From: Alcaligenaceae bacterium
GTDB taxonomy: Bacteria > Pseudomonadota > Gammaproteobacteria > Burkholderiales > Burkholderiaceae_B
DNA length: 64,000 nucleotides
Direction: 5' to 3'
Assembly (NCBI GenBank): GCA_029267315.1
Contig: JAJUJD010000001.1
Location: 5,185-69,184, forward strand
The translations under genes were made by a program, and so were the position numbers. The notes beneath the pieces are model-generated. The model ran no database searches, was not told the origin of the DNA, and saw only the letters and a program-made list of their open reading frames with translations. Positions within the stretch are counted from its first letter, which is position 1. Each line of letters begins with the position of its first letter. This document shows, piece after piece, positions 22,076 to 32,644 of the stretch.

Positions 22076-23970
22076 GCCAGTCCAACGAATCCGTCATTCA
22101 AAGCAGCCAGGCTGCAGCGCCGGCTGTCCATCTCGGTAACCCAACGCTAATGCAGCGCTACGGCGCATTGCTCGTAGCCGGGCTCATCCTGGTCGTCGCC
22201 CCTGCAGTGGCTCCCATTATCGGTGCAGGCCCCGACCTTCTCAGCCGGGTACTGATCTGGGGCATTTTTGGCCTCGGTTTTGACCTGCTGTTTGGTTATA
22301 CCGGGCTACTCTCATTCGGGCAGGCAGCGTTCTACGGCACGGGCAGTTTCATCACTGCCTATCTGCTCACAGCCGGCATTCTCGACAACATGTTGTTGGC
22401 CCTGCTGTGCTCCATCATCGGCGCTTCCATACTGGGCATCATGATTGGTTATCTCACGCTGAGGCGCAGCGGTATCTACTTTGCGATGAGTACGCTGGCC
22501 TTTGCCGAGATGATCTATTTCCTGGAGTTCGGGCCCTTACGGGATTGGACAGGCGGTGAAAACGGCATTCCGGGCATACCGGAAGCAGTGGTCGACTTTG
22601 GCTTCGTCCAGTTCTTCGTGGGCTTTGGCTGGCCGATGTACGCCTTCCTCGCAGTACTGTTCTTCATCGGGTTTGCCGTTGCCCGCCGTATTTCCCTCTC
22701 GCCCTTCGGTGTCATCCTCACCGCTATCCGCGAGAATCCCGAACGCGCTATGGCAGTGGGCCATACCATTCAGCGTTACAAGCTGGCGGTATTTGTTATC
22801 GCCGCTGCCTATGGTGGGCTGGCGGGTGGTCTCTTGGGTATGTTCCAGGGCTACATGCCACCTGATGCCTTTAACCTGCACACCTCGGCCGAACTGGTCA
22901 TTCAAACGGTAATGGGAGGCGCAGGCACCTTGTTTGGCCCCTTGTTGGGCGCGCTAATCTGGCTGTACCTGTACGAAGTCCTGCAGTTTGTTGATTCGGT
23001 CGGACCATACTGGCGGCTGATCCTCGGTGTCATCTTCGTCATACTGGTGACGCTGTTCCGCCGTGGAATCTGCGGGGAAATCCTTGCCTGGCGCGATCGA
23101 CGCATGAGCAAGCGGATGGCAGCGGCTGTGCCCCCCACAGTGGGCCGAGGCGCAGGCAGTGATGTTCACGCCAAGCTTGTCATGCGTGATGCACCGCCCA
23201 TGGAAAGCGGAAGGCCCGTTCTGCGCGCCGACAATATTGCCAAGCACTATGGCGGCCTTAAAGCGGTCAAGGGTGTCTCCATTGCCATCGAAGAAGGTGA
23301 GCTCCGCGGCCTAATCGGCCCCAACGGTGCCGGCAAGTCCACCTTCTTCCGCATGCTGGCCGGTGAGATTCAGCCCACCCACGGTCGTGTCTACCTGCGG
23401 GGGCAGGACATTACCGGCATCGGTGTGACGCAGGTGTGTCAAATGGGAATGAGCAAGAGCTATCAGGTCAATACGCTGTTTGATCAGCTCACGGTCAAGC
23501 AAAACGTCCTCATGTCCGTACTTGGCCATAAACGTGGTCCCTTCAAGCTTGATGCCCTGAAATCAGTGGAAGGGGTCCGCGGTGCCACGGAACAGGTCGC
23601 GGCGGTCTTGGCCATGGTGGAGCTTAGCCATCGTGCCGATACCCCCATTCATGAACTTTCCTATGGAGAGAAGCGCCGTGTGGAAATCGGCCTGGCGCTG
23701 GCTACAGGAGCCAACGTCCTCTTGCTTGACGAACCACTGGCCGGCATGAGCCCTGAAGAGCGTGTGCAGACAGTCGCCTTGCTGAAGAAGATTCGCAAGG
23801 GTCGTACGGTGCTGATTGTCGAACACGACATGGATGCCATGTTCGAGCTGGCTGACCGCATCACCGTACTGTACGACGGCAACTTCCTCGCTGAGGGCAC
23901 GCCCGAGGAAATTCGCAACAGCAAGGCTGTACAGGATGCCTACCTGGGCGGCATGGAGGAAGACGAATGA
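22072..23970 (+). CDS. Fused LivM permease and LivG ATPase
   Basis: GYTGLLSFGQAAF and TGGENG in the membrane half; [17 protein letters not shown] and DEPLAG in the ATPase half. Confidence 0.92.
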   Translation: MSQSNESVIQSSQAAAPAVHLGNPTLMQRYGALLVAGLILVVAPAVAPIIGAGPDLLSRVLIWGIFGLGFDLLFGYTGLLSFGQAAFYGTGSFITAYLLTAGILDNMLLALLCSIIGASILGIMIGYLTLRRSGIYFAMSTLAFAEMIYFLEFGPLRDWTGGENGIPGIPEAVVDFGFVQFFVGFGWPMYAFLAVLFFIGFAVARRISLSPFGVILTAIRENPERAMAVGHTIQRYKLAVFVIAAAYGGLAGGLLGMFQGYMPPDAFNLHTSAELVIQTVMGGAGTLFGPLLGALIWLYLYEVLQFVDSVGPYWRLILGVIFVILVTLFRRGICGEILAWRDRRMSKRMAAAVPPTVGRGAGSDVHAKLVMRDAPPMESGRPVLRADNIAKHYGGLKAVKGVSIAIEEGELRGLIGPNGAGKSTFFRMLAGEIQPTHGRVYLRGQDITGIGVTQVCQMGMSKSYQVNTLFDQLTVKQNVLMSVLGHKRGPFKLDALKSVEGVRGATEQVAAVLAMVELSHRADTPIHELSYGEKRRVEIGLALATGANVLLLDEPLAGMSPEERVQTVALLKKIRKGRTVLIVEHDMDAMFELADRITVLYDGNFLAEGTPEEIRNSKAVQDAYLGGMEEDE

Positions 23971-24671
23971 CGCTACTTGACGTATCGAAGGTCAATACCT
24001 TCTACGGCGATTCCCATATTCTGTTTGACGTATCTCTGCACGTGAACGAGAACGAGGTGGTCGCCCTGTTGGGACGAAATGGCGCAGGCAAGTCAACCCT
24101 GCTCAAGACGATTGCCGGCGCCCTGCAGCCCAAGTCGGGCACTATCACCTTCAACGGCAAGCCCATCCACACGATGGCGACCCATCTCATTGCCCGCGAA
24201 GGATTGCAGCTGGTGCCGGAGGAGCGACGCATCATCGGCGGCATTACTGTGCACGAGAACCTCGAGCTGGCTGCAATGACCGCGCCCAACCCAATGTCCT
24301 TCGAGCGCATATATCAGACCTTTCCTCGGTTGTATGAGCGCCGCACAAACAAAGGGCGGGAGCTTTCCGGCGGTGAGCAGCAAATGATCGCCATCGCGCG
24401 GGCGATGATCCGTGACGCCCGTCTGATCCTCCTGGACGAACCTTTTGAAGGGCTGGCGCCCATTATCGTGCGCGACCTCATGCAGGTATGCCGGCAGCTT
24501 GCGGAAGAAGGCCGCACGGTCATCGTCGTGGAGCAAAACGTTTCCGCGGCGCTGTCCATGGCCAGTCGTGTCTACATGCTGAATACCGGTCATATCGTGT
24601 TCGACGGCAGCAGCGATGAACTGCGCGCACGGCCCGACATCATGAGCCGCTATCTGGGAGCGGCGGCCTAA
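23967..24671 (+). CDS. LivF-type ABC ATPase
   Basis: [17 protein letters not shown] and DEPFEGLAP. Confidence 0.93.
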   Translation: MTLLDVSKVNTFYGDSHILFDVSLHVNENEVVALLGRNGAGKSTLLKTIAGALQPKSGTITFNGKPIHTMATHLIAREGLQLVPEERRIIGGITVHENLELAAMTAPNPMSFERIYQTFPRLYERRTNKGRELSGGEQQMIAIARAMIRDARLILLDEPFEGLAPIIVRDLMQVCRQLAEEGRTVIVVEQNVSAALSMASRVYMLNTGHIVFDGSSDELRARPDIMSRYLGAAA

Positions 24672-24726
24672 GGGGTTGACATGCCGTCGCTACAAGCGAC
24701 GGCACATTCATTTAGAGGAGCAACAA

Positions 24727-26706
24727 ATGTCGTCTACCATCAACACCATGCTGATCGAGAAAAGGGTACTCAACCCTTCCAAGGAGTTCGTTGCGAATGC
24801 GCGGATTTCGGGCATGGACCAGTACCGGGCGATGTACGAGGAAGCGGAACGCAATCCGGATACTTTCTGGCAGACGCTTGCGCAGGAGAACTTGCTATGG
24901 CGCAAGCCCTTCACCAAGGTCCTTGATGAATCCAATGCGCCCTTCTACACCTGGTTCGAGGACGGTGAGCTCAACGTCTCGGAAAACTGCCTTGACGTTC
25001 ACATCGAGAATGGAAACGGCGACAAGACGGCCATCATCTTTGAGGCGGACGACGGTACGGTGCAATCCATCACCTACCGCGAACTCCTCGCCCGGGTCTG
25101 TCGCATAGCCAATGGCATCAAATCGTTGGGATACGGGAAGGGCGACCGCGCCATCATCTACTTGCCCATGTCGATCGAGGCCATCGCGATCATGCAGGCT
25201 TGCGCGCGGCTGGGCCTGACCCATTCGGTGGTATTTGGCGGGTTCTCCGCACGCAGTCTGCACCAGCGCATAGTCGACGTCGGCGCAAAACTGGTCCTGA
25301 CGGCTGATGCGCAAATGCGTGGCGGGCGGCAGATTCCTCTGAAGGGGGCGGTCGACGAGGCACTGTCCTACGAGGGTGGCGACGTCGTCGAGAAAGTGGT
25401 GGTCTATGAACGTACCGGGGCCGACGTCGGCTGGGTGGAAGGGCGCGATATTCGACTGAGCGAAGTTGAGGCGGGCCAGCCGGAAAAGTGCGAGCCGGTT
25501 GCAGTTGGCGCTGAACATCCGCTTTTTGTTTTGTATACCTCCGGCTCGACCGGCAAGCCCAAGGGAGTGCAGCATTCCTCCGCGGGGTATTTGCTTTGGG
25601 CCAAGATGACTTCTCAGTGGGTGTTCGATGCCAAACCGGACGACATATTCTGGTGCACAGCAGACGTCGGTTGGGTCACCGGTCACTCTTACATCACCTA
25701 TGGTTCGATGGCGGCGGGCCTGACGCAGATCGTTTTCGAGGGTATACCCACCTATCCGAACGCTGGCCGCTTCTGGGAAATGATCCAGCGACACAAGGTC
25801 AGCATCTTCTATACGGCGCCCACCGCTATCCGTTCCCTCATAAAAGCCTCGGAATTGAACCCTGAGCACCATCCGCGCCGATACGATCTTTCCAGCCTGC
25901 GGCTGCTGGGTTCTGTAGGAGAGCCTATCAACCCTGAAGCCTGGATGTGGTACTACGAGAATGTGGGGGGCTCACGTTGCCCAATTGTTGATACGTGGTG
26001 GCAGACTGAAACCGGCGGCCATATTCTGACGCCCTTACCCGGGGCCACACCATTGAAGCCCGGTTCCTGCACTCTGCCGCTGCCCGGCATTGACGCGGCG
26101 GTGGTGGACGAATCTGGCAAAGAACTTCCGGCGGGGGTCGGTGGCCTGCTGGTCATCCGTCGACCCTGGCCCGCCATGATACGTGCAGTTTGGGGAGACG
26201 AAAATCGTTTCCGCACGAGCTACTTCCCGAATGAACTCGGCGGCATGTACATGGCCGGTGATAATGCCCAGTGCGATGAAGACGGCTATTTCTGGATTCT
26301 GGGCCGCACAGACGACGTGCTCAGCGTCTCTGGGCACCGCTTGGGTGGAACGGAAATCGAATCGGCACTGGTGGCTCATGAGCTGGTAGCAGAAGCTGCG
26401 GTAGTTGGTCGGCCAGACGCCACCACCGGGGAAGCCATCGTCGCCTTCATCATGCTCAAGCAGTCGGCACCCGACGGCAGCGAGGCCCAGCAAATCGCTG
26501 AAACCCTGCGTGACTGGGTGGCGAGGGAAGTAGGCCCCATCGCCAAGCCCAGGGATATCCGCTTCGGCAATAGTCTGCCCAAGACGCGATCTGGCAAGAT
26601 CATGCGCCGCTTGCTCAGGCTGGTGGCCGAAGGCAGAGATATCGACCAGGACACGTCCACGCTTGAAAACCCTGATGTACTCAAACAGTTTTCTGACGTG
26701 TACTAA
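24727..26706 (+). CDS. acs: Acetyl-CoA synthetase
   Basis: [36 protein letters not shown] and [14 protein letters not shown] at 24727 after GAGGAG. Confidence 0.93.
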   Translation: MSSTINTMLIEKRVLNPSKEFVANARISGMDQYRAMYEEAERNPDTFWQTLAQENLLWRKPFTKVLDESNAPFYTWFEDGELNVSENCLDVHIENGNGDKTAIIFEADDGTVQSITYRELLARVCRIANGIKSLGYGKGDRAIIYLPMSIEAIAIMQACARLGLTHSVVFGGFSARSLHQRIVDVGAKLVLTADAQMRGGRQIPLKGAVDEALSYEGGDVVEKVVVYERTGADVGWVEGRDIRLSEVEAGQPEKCEPVAVGAEHPLFVLYTSGSTGKPKGVQHSSAGYLLWAKMTSQWVFDAKPDDIFWCTADVGWVTGHSYITYGSMAAGLTQIVFEGIPTYPNAGRFWEMIQRHKVSIFYTAPTAIRSLIKASELNPEHHPRRYDLSSLRLLGSVGEPINPEAWMWYYENVGGSRCPIVDTWWQTETGGHILTPLPGATPLKPGSCTLPLPGIDAAVVDESGKELPAGVGGLLVIRRPWPAMIRAVWGDENRFRTSYFPNELGGMYMAGDNAQCDEDGYFWILGRTDDVLSVSGHRLGGTEIESALVAHELVAEAAVVGRPDATTGEAIVAFIMLKQSAPDGSEAQQIAETLRDWVAREVGPIAKPRDIRFGNSLPKTRSGKIMRRLLRLVAEGRDIDQDTSTLENPDVLKQFSDVY

Positions 26707-26715
26707 GGCCTGAAC

Positions 26716-26740
26716 GAGGGGGCCGCTGTGTGGCCCCCTC
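26716..26740 (+). terminator. Hairpin after acs
   Basis: GAGGGGGCC...GGCCCCCTC. Confidence 0.5.
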
Positions 26741-26858
26741 AAACGCATGCGTCGGGGGTCAACCCTGATGGAGTTGTCTTGCACTGTTATCACGCTGTTC
26801 CGAGGTCGGCCGCATGTTGCGGTCCGTCCAGCGCAAGGGGCAGAAGGAAGCATCCGCA

Positions 26859-27653
26859 ATGGCATCAATCGGCAGTTTGAGAACTGATATACGAGATGTG
26901 ATGTTGGGTGGGCTGTGTAGAGACTTTACTGACTCCACCCTCATTACGGGTAAAGGCCAGGACGACGTGGGGGTGTTGCAGCTTCCCCTGAGCGGCGCGC
27001 TGTTGGTTACCAGCCCACATGGCAGCTGGGTCGTGGATACCGGCAGTGTTTTGTGGCTGGCGCCTAATACGCCCTATAAGTTACGCATGTTGGGCAAGGT
27101 GCGCTTGCGCTCTTTGCATTTGAATCTGCGTCAATACGGTGATATTTGGCAACAGAGCCGCATTCTACACGCCACTCCGCTAATGCGGGAGCTCATTTCC
27201 GAGGTGGCAGACCTTTATAGCCCACAGGAAGACAAGCGTGTGGCCCTGTTGTTGGCCGCCCTCATCGAGGAAATGCGACATAACAACGTGGGCAAGCCTC
27301 AGCTGCCGGCACCGCGCGATCCGCGCCTTGTTCGTATCTGCACCCATATCCAACAACAACTGGACGACGCCAAAACCCTTCAGGAATGGGCGCTGGAATT
27401 GGGTTGCGACCCGCGCACGCTGCACCGCTTGTTTGTTCAGGAACTGGGAATGTCGTTTGTGCAGTGGCGACAGCATATACGCCTGCGGACGGCAATGGAC
27501 TGGCTGGCGGCCGGTAAATCGGTGGTGGACGTTGCCTTTGACCTGGGTTACCAAAACCAGAGTGCGTTCACCACCATGTTCAGGCGCAACATGGGCATGG
27601 CACCCTCTGATTTTGTTAAGGCGAACCGTCGAAATCTTGCCGTTCCTGCCTGA
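26859..27653 (+). CDS. AraC family regulator (NimR/RipA-like)
   Basis: Cupin-like N-terminus; C-terminal double HTH (RTLHRLF, GMSFVQWR, LGYQNQSAFTTMFRR). Start codon uncertain. Confidence 0.9.
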   Translation: MASIGSLRTDIRDVMLGGLCRDFTDSTLITGKGQDDVGVLQLPLSGALLVTSPHGSWVVDTGSVLWLAPNTPYKLRMLGKVRLRSLHLNLRQYGDIWQQSRILHATPLMRELISEVADLYSPQEDKRVALLLAALIEEMRHNNVGKPQLPAPRDPRLVRICTHIQQQLDDAKTLQEWALELGCDPRTLHRLFVQELGMSFVQWRQHIRLRTAMDWLAAGKSVVDVAFDLGYQNQSAFTTMFRRNMGMAPSDFVKANRRNLAVPA

Positions 27654-27662
27654 AAATGCGGG

Positions 27663-28577
27663 CTAAAGCCTGCGGGTGCCAAGTTCCTGCAGGCTCGGCA
27701 GCATGAGCCGAGTGGCGAGCATGCCTTGTTCGATGGCCTGATCGGCTCGGTGAAAGTCGAGCAACCCCAGCGAGGCCAGCCGCGGTGCGATAACGACATC
27801 AGGCGGATCACCCGCCAGACGGCTGCGAGTAATGCGAACCTGCATGATATTGATGCTGCTCGCCAGCACGTCTATCAAAGATGGCATGGGTTCAGCATCA
27901 ACCGTATTCGCCAGGGGAAAAAGGGCGGAAACGCTTTGTGGCAAACGAGTGAGCCAGGCGCTTCCTACCATGGACCGCAGCTTCGGCTCGGGCAGCGCTT
28001 CAAGATGACGGCCCAAAATATCTGCATTCAGGTCGACGGCCACGACGAAATCGGCCTCCATTGCCCGGGCAAGGGATACCGGCACAGGGTTCACAAGGCC
28101 ACCGTCAACCAGCAGGCGTTCATTCACCCTGACAGGGGAGAACAGGCCGGGCAGGGCAATGGATGCACGCACAGCCTCGATGACGGAACCTTCCTTGAGC
28201 CAGACTTCCTGGCCCGTATGCAGGTCAGTGGCCACCGCTACGAAAGGCATTCTCAATGCTTCGATCGGGCAATCCATGAAATGCTTCTGGAAGAAGTTCA
28301 TGAGGCGTTCGCCCTTGAGCATGCCCCCGTTCAGACGGAAGTCCATGAGCGACACAACATCGCGCAGGCTCAAAGAGCGAACCCAGCTCTCGAAACGTTC
28401 GAGTTCTCCTGCAGCATAGGCGGCCCCCACCAAAGCACCGATCGACGTGCCGCACACAATGTCGGGTTTGATTCCCGCTTCTTCCAGTGCCTTGATTACC
28501 CCGATATGCGCCCAACCTCGAGCTGAGCCGCTACCCAACACCAGAGCGAGGCGGGGATGCCGGGCCGGCGTGGACAT
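27663..28577 (-). CDS. Patatin-like phospholipase (RssA/NTE family)
   Basis: GSGSARGWAHIG, GTSIG nucleophile and DGG motif. Confidence 0.93.
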   Translation of the reverse strand: MSTPARHPRLALVLGSGSARGWAHIGVIKALEEAGIKPDIVCGTSIGALVGAAYAAGELERFESWVRSLSLRDVVSLMDFRLNGGMLKGERLMNFFQKHFMDCPIEALRMPFVAVATDLHTGQEVWLKEGSVIEAVRASIALPGLFSPVRVNERLLVDGGLVNPVPVSLARAMEADFVVAVDLNADILGRHLEALPEPKLRSMVGSAWLTRLPQSVSALFPLANTVDAEPMPSLIDVLASSINIMQVRITRSRLAGDPPDVVIAPRLASLGLLDFHRADQAIEQGMLATRLMLPSLQELGTRRL

Positions 28578-28586
28578 GGATGGCAA

Positions 28587-28988
28587 TCAGTTCCAGCGGC
28601 CGCCAAGCGCAAATCGCCCAGCGCCTTGCATGAGCACCGCAATACCGGCGGCCAGAAACATGCCCTGCAGTTCCAGGCGCCAGCCCCCACTGGAGGTGAA
28701 GTCTCCAAAGTGCCCGCTGTGCGCAAGAAACAGCGCAACTAGCATGTTCACCACGATGAGTGCAGCACCGATGCGAGTGAATATGCCGAGAATTAGCATG
28801 ATTGGGGCGAGGACTTCCCCCAGATAGACACCCCAGGCCAGAAATGCGGGCAGACCGCGCATCGCCAGCATTGCTTCGATGCCGCCGACGCCGCCGCGCA
28901 GCTTGGCCCAGCCATGAAAAAGAATGAGGATGCCGAGCACCAGGCGCAGCAATAGTTTGGCGAGATCGTCCAGGGTAGTCTGTGACAT
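28587..28988 (-). CDS. DoxX family membrane protein
   Basis: LLRLVLG...HGWAK and GAGRFAL; four TM segments. Confidence 0.9.
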   Translation of the reverse strand: MSQTTLDDLAKLLLRLVLGILILFHGWAKLRGGVGGIEAMLAMRGLPAFLAWGVYLGEVLAPIMLILGIFTRIGAALIVVNMLVALFLAHSGHFGDFTSSGGWRLELQGMFLAAGIAVLMQGAGRFALGGRWN

Positions 28989-29175
28989 GGGCGCAGGCAG
29001 AATGTAAGAGGGATGCTGGCGATTATAGGCGCAGCAAGGGGCGGCGGACACAGGCACCTTGGTCGGAGCCATATGCCCGTGGTCAGAGTCATATACGCGA
29101 CATTGCTGCCCAAAGGCTGAAGGCGATGTTGGGTGCTCTGGCTATGCACGCCTGCAGCCCCAACTAGGGGGGACC

Positions 29176-29649
29176 TCAGGCTTGGTCGGCCTTTTCCGCA
29201 GCTTTTTCGAAGAAACTTTCGAAAGATTCCGGGGTGGGGAACTCGGCGTCGCGATAGGTGTACACCAGGCCGGGAAACTGCGAGAAGTGAATTTTGAAGT
29301 CTTCCTCGCAGGGAATGAGCGCACTGCCTTTTTCGTCAACAATAATGGTGCTGGGAAAGGCTGCGTTGATGACCTCAGCTAGTTCTTCCTGACTCGCGTG
29401 CGTACTCAGTGGCAACAGCTTCTTGTTCGCCGCCTGCGTGGCAAGCACGGCAACGAGATATTCATGACAGTATTCCGCGCAAATGGCCACGGTGCTGCCA
29501 GGCACCGGGTTCATATTGGCCAGGGCCACGCTCATGGCGTGCACGGCAACGGCCAGTTCTGAATAGGAAACCGCGATCTCGGAATCGTCCAGCGCGATGT
29601 GTTCGCCAAACTTCTCTGCTATGGAATTCAGATACTGCACGGGTGACAT
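29176..29649 (-). CDS. Short stand-alone protein resembling the N-terminus of the AMP-binding domain
   Basis: EHIAL...VSYSEL...GSTVAI resembles ANL N-terminal motifs; there is no TSGST loop. GGAAG SD. Confidence 0.7.
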   Translation of the reverse strand: MSPVQYLNSIAEKFGEHIALDDSEIAVSYSELAVAVHAMSVALANMNPVPGSTVAICAEYCHEYLVAVLATQAANKKLLPLSTHASQEELAEVINAAFPSTIIVDEKGSALIPCEEDFKIHFSQFPGLVYTYRDAEFPTPESFESFFEKAAEKADQA

Positions 29650-29772
29650 GTCTCAACTTCCTTGTGTAGGCAGGCCGAACAAGTATAGAGAGTCGTATCG
29701 GTGATGTCGTGCTTCATTCCTAAGGACTTTCCCCATGGGTTAAGCTCGCAACCCTAAACAGGAGCGTAGGCG

Positions 29773-30531
29773 ATGCAACGACTTGGAATCATGGCGGCAG
29801 TCCACGATGAGATTGCCCACTTGCTAGTTGACATGACGGAAGTTAGCACCCATCGCATTGGCATGCGAGATTATCACGTCGGTAATTTGTACGGCCAGCC
29901 TAGTGTGCTCGTTTTGGCTCGCATGGGAAAAGTGGCGGCCGCCGCAAGCACCGTCACGCTGTTGCGTGAGTTCAACGTGGATCGTCTGGTGTTTTCAGGG
30001 CTCGCCGGTGGCCTGGCCGCACAGGCGCGGGTTGGGGATGTGGTGGTAGGTACCGAACTGCTGCAGCATGATCTGGACTCCAGCCCATTATTTCCTCGCC
30101 ACGAGGTGCCCTTATTGCAACGCAGCCGCTTTCCGACCGACGATGCACTTACCCGTATGTTGGCGGCGGCTGCAAATACATACCTTGCCGAGGACTGGCA
30201 GGAAGACATTCCACTTGCCGCGCGCGATTCCTTCGGTTTGTCCCAGCCCCGGGTACATGAAGGCCTGATCATAAGCGGCGACCAATTCGTCAGTTCTGCC
30301 GTCAGGGCGCAAGCTCTGGGTAGGGAATTGCCCGACGCGCTGTGCGTTGAGATGGAAGGCGCCGCTGTGGCCCAGATCTGCCTTGAATACGGTGCACGAT
30401 TCGCGGTCCTTCGTACAGTTTCAGACCGTGCGGATGATGCTGCAAGCCATGATTTCAATCGCTTCTTGCGGGAAGTAGCCAGCCATTATTCAGCCGGCAT
30501 TCTGAAGCGCATGCTGCACATGATGTCGTGA
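29773..30531 (+). CDS. mtnN: 5'-methylthioadenosine/S-adenosylhomocysteine nucleosidase
   Basis: GKVAAA, QHDLD, SGDQF, EMEGAAVAQ and RTVSDRAD. Confidence 0.93.
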   Translation: MQRLGIMAAVHDEIAHLLVDMTEVSTHRIGMRDYHVGNLYGQPSVLVLARMGKVAAAASTVTLLREFNVDRLVFSGLAGGLAAQARVGDVVVGTELLQHDLDSSPLFPRHEVPLLQRSRFPTDDALTRMLAAAANTYLAEDWQEDIPLAARDSFGLSQPRVHEGLIISGDQFVSSAVRAQALGRELPDALCVEMEGAAVAQICLEYGARFAVLRTVSDRADDAASHDFNRFLREVASHYSAGILKRMLHMMS

Positions 30532-30548
30532 GCGCTGAATAAACATAA

Positions 30549-30580
30549 GAAAGGCCGTGCTGATGCCAGCACGGCCTTTC
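30549..30580. terminator. Bidirectional terminator between mtnN and the bug gene
   Basis: Perfect 14-bp stem GAAAGGCCGTGCTG-ATGC-CAGCACGGCCTTTC. Confidence 0.8.
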
Positions 30581-30597
30581 GGGTGCGACCGGGACGC

Positions 30598-31572
30598 TTA
30601 GTCCAGTGTGATGCCCTGTTCTTTGATCACGGCATGCCAGCGCGTGATTTCTTCCTTGAGCATTTCTGCATATTCCTGTGGGGAATTTCCGACCGGCTGG
30701 ATTCCGAACTCCACCAGCGTGGAATTGATCTTGGGGTCATTCAGCGCCTGCACCACCTTCTGATTCAGCGTTTTGATTGTTTCGGAAGGGGTAGCGGCAG
30801 GCGCGACCATGCCCACATGAGCGGCAGCGACGATGGACGGATACCCCAGCTCCGCAAAGGTGGGTACATCCGGCAGCTGCGGCAAGCGCTCCGGATTGGC
30901 AACTGCCAGCGGCTTGACCTTGCCCCCCTTGATGAAGCCGGCACCAGCGGCGAGGTCCACCATCATGACGGGCACTTGGCCACCTGCCACATCAGTGAGT
31001 GAAGGCGCGGCTCCCTTGTAGGGGATATGGGTCATATTGAGCTTGAGTTCGTGCTTGAACAATTCCATCGCCAGATGGTGGGGGCTGCCTGCCCCTGCTG
31101 AGGCGAAATTCAACCCCGCTTTGTCGTTGCGGGCCCGTTCAATGACCTTTTCCACGCTATCCAGGCCCGATGCCGGGTCTGCCACCAGAATCATGGGGAA
31201 GCGACCCAGTAGCGTGACCGGTGCCAAATCCTTCTGAGGGTCATAAGTGAGCCTGGAATACAAGGCTGAATTGAAAACCAGCGTGCCGTTGTCAGCCGAC
31301 ATGACGGTGTAGCCATCAGGCTGGGCACGTGCAATCTCCGCCGCCGCAATTGCGGTATTACCACCCGGCTTGTTTTCTACGACGACCGACTGACCTGTGA
31401 TGGGGCCTAACGCATTGCTGATGGTGCGAGCCAGGAAGTCGGAACCACCACCGGCGGGATAGGGAACGATCCAGCGTATGGGCTGATCAGGGTAGGCAGC
31501 CTGTGCGGCCGTGAAGCTGGCAAACGGAGCGCTGAGCAGGGCCGCCAACGCCAGAGTTTTCAATCGTTTCAT
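30598..31572 (-). CDS. Bug/TctC family tripartite tricarboxylate transporter binding protein
   Basis: Signal peptide, YPDQPIRWIVPYPAGGGSD, VENKPGG, PYKG and PDVPTFAELG. Confidence 0.95.
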   Translation of the reverse strand: MKRLKTLALAALLSAPFASFTAAQAAYPDQPIRWIVPYPAGGGSDFLARTISNALGPITGQSVVVENKPGGNTAIAAAEIARAQPDGYTVMSADNGTLVFNSALYSRLTYDPQKDLAPVTLLGRFPMILVADPASGLDSVEKVIERARNDKAGLNFASAGAGSPHHLAMELFKHELKLNMTHIPYKGAAPSLTDVAGGQVPVMMVDLAAGAGFIKGGKVKPLAVANPERLPQLPDVPTFAELGYPSIVAAAHVGMVAPAATPSETIKTLNQKVVQALNDPKINSTLVEFGIQPVGNSPQEYAEMLKEEITRWHAVIKEQGITLD

Positions 31573-31661
31573 GGTCTCCCCTTGTACCTCGTTAATTGTT
31601 CGTGCACGCCATGGATGACGCGCATGTCGTTTATGGACGAACATTCTAAGCGTACAAGGTA

Positions 31662-31674
31662 TACGCAGTGCGTA
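31662..31674. promoter_or_regulatory. Putative IclR operator upstream of the bug gene
   Basis: Perfect inverted repeat TACGCA-G-TGCGTA; near-copies at 32584 and 32604. Confidence 0.65.
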
Positions 31675-31702
31675 ACCCTATCTCAGCAATTACCCTGAGG
31701 GG

Positions 31703-32530
31703 TTAATTTGGGGGCGCGTGTCCCAAGGACTGACTGATTAGCCGACTCTCCGCTTGCAAGGCCCGCGCTACGGGACCCGATGGGCTCGTGTCAAAACTGC
31801 CTGTAGCGCCAAGGACGGTCACGACGGCGGCGAGATGGTCGGAGAAGTCGAAGAGGGGGAGGGATATTGCGCTGATGCCCTGCAGGTTAGTGTCCCGCAC
31901 TATCGCCATGCCGGCGGCTTGGACGTCGCGTTTGAGAACGCCTATGGGGTCACGCGCGTCAAGCGTGTTTCGCTGCTCCGGGGAAATGCGTTCGAGTTCC
32001 TCTCGAGCCAGTTTTTCCACTCGGCTGTCGTCCAGATAGGCCAGAAACACCCGGCCGGTGGCGGACCACAGCAACGGCAGTACAGAGCCCACGCGAACGT
32101 TCAGAGTCACCGGCAGGCCAGGTTCCTCGAAACGCACTATGGTCGGCCCCTTGTTGCCCATGACGGCAAGAAAGCAGGTCATTTCCAGCGACTGTCTCAA
32201 ACGCAGCAGCGCAGGCTCCGCAACGCGCAACGGATCGGCCAGCCGCATTGCCACCAGGCCGATATGGATCGCTTCCGCACCCAGGAAGTACTGCAGCGAT
32301 ACGGGGTCCTGTTCGACCAGACCTTCCTCCATCATGCTGATTAGATAGCGGTGCACTTTGGCCGGGTTTTCTTCCACCTGGCGGGCCAGCCCGGTCAACG
32401 TGGCACGCCCCCCCATGCGGGCCAATGCCTTGAGCAAAACTATTCCGGTGGTCACGGCCTGCACGCGTTGGCGTCGGTCGCGGGCGACGATGGGGTGCGG
32501 TGCGGAAGGCGAGTTCATTAGATGGTTCAT
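31703..32530 (-). CDS. IclR family transcriptional regulator
   Basis: N-terminal wHTH (VQAV...AKVHRYL), SATGRVFLAY and GISAISLPLF. Start at 32530 or 32518. Confidence 0.94.
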   Translation of the reverse strand: MNHLMNSPSAPHPIVARDRRQRVQAVTTGIVLLKALARMGGRATLTGLARQVEENPAKVHRYLISMMEEGLVEQDPVSLQYFLGAEAIHIGLVAMRLADPLRVAEPALLRLRQSLEMTCFLAVMGNKGPTIVRFEEPGLPVTLNVRVGSVLPLLWSATGRVFLAYLDDSRVEKLAREELERISPEQRNTLDARDPIGVLKRDVQAAGMAIVRDTNLQGISAISLPLFDFSDHLAAVVTVLGATGSFDTSPSGPVARALQAESRLISQSLGHAPPN

Positions 32531-32583
32531 GAGTTGACGCAATGGGGAAGTATATCGCTGAGGGTTTTCCAGATTCCATCGAT

Positions 32584-32616
32584 TACGCAATGCGTGTTAC
32601 GTTTACGCAAGAGCTA
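32584..32616. promoter_or_regulatory. Tandem putative IclR operators in the iclR/P450 divergent promoter
   Basis: TACGCAATGCGTG and TACGCAAGAGCTA, 20 bp apart. Confidence 0.6.
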
Positions 32617-32644
32617 ATTTACTGATCGCAGGTCAGGAGCAGTC

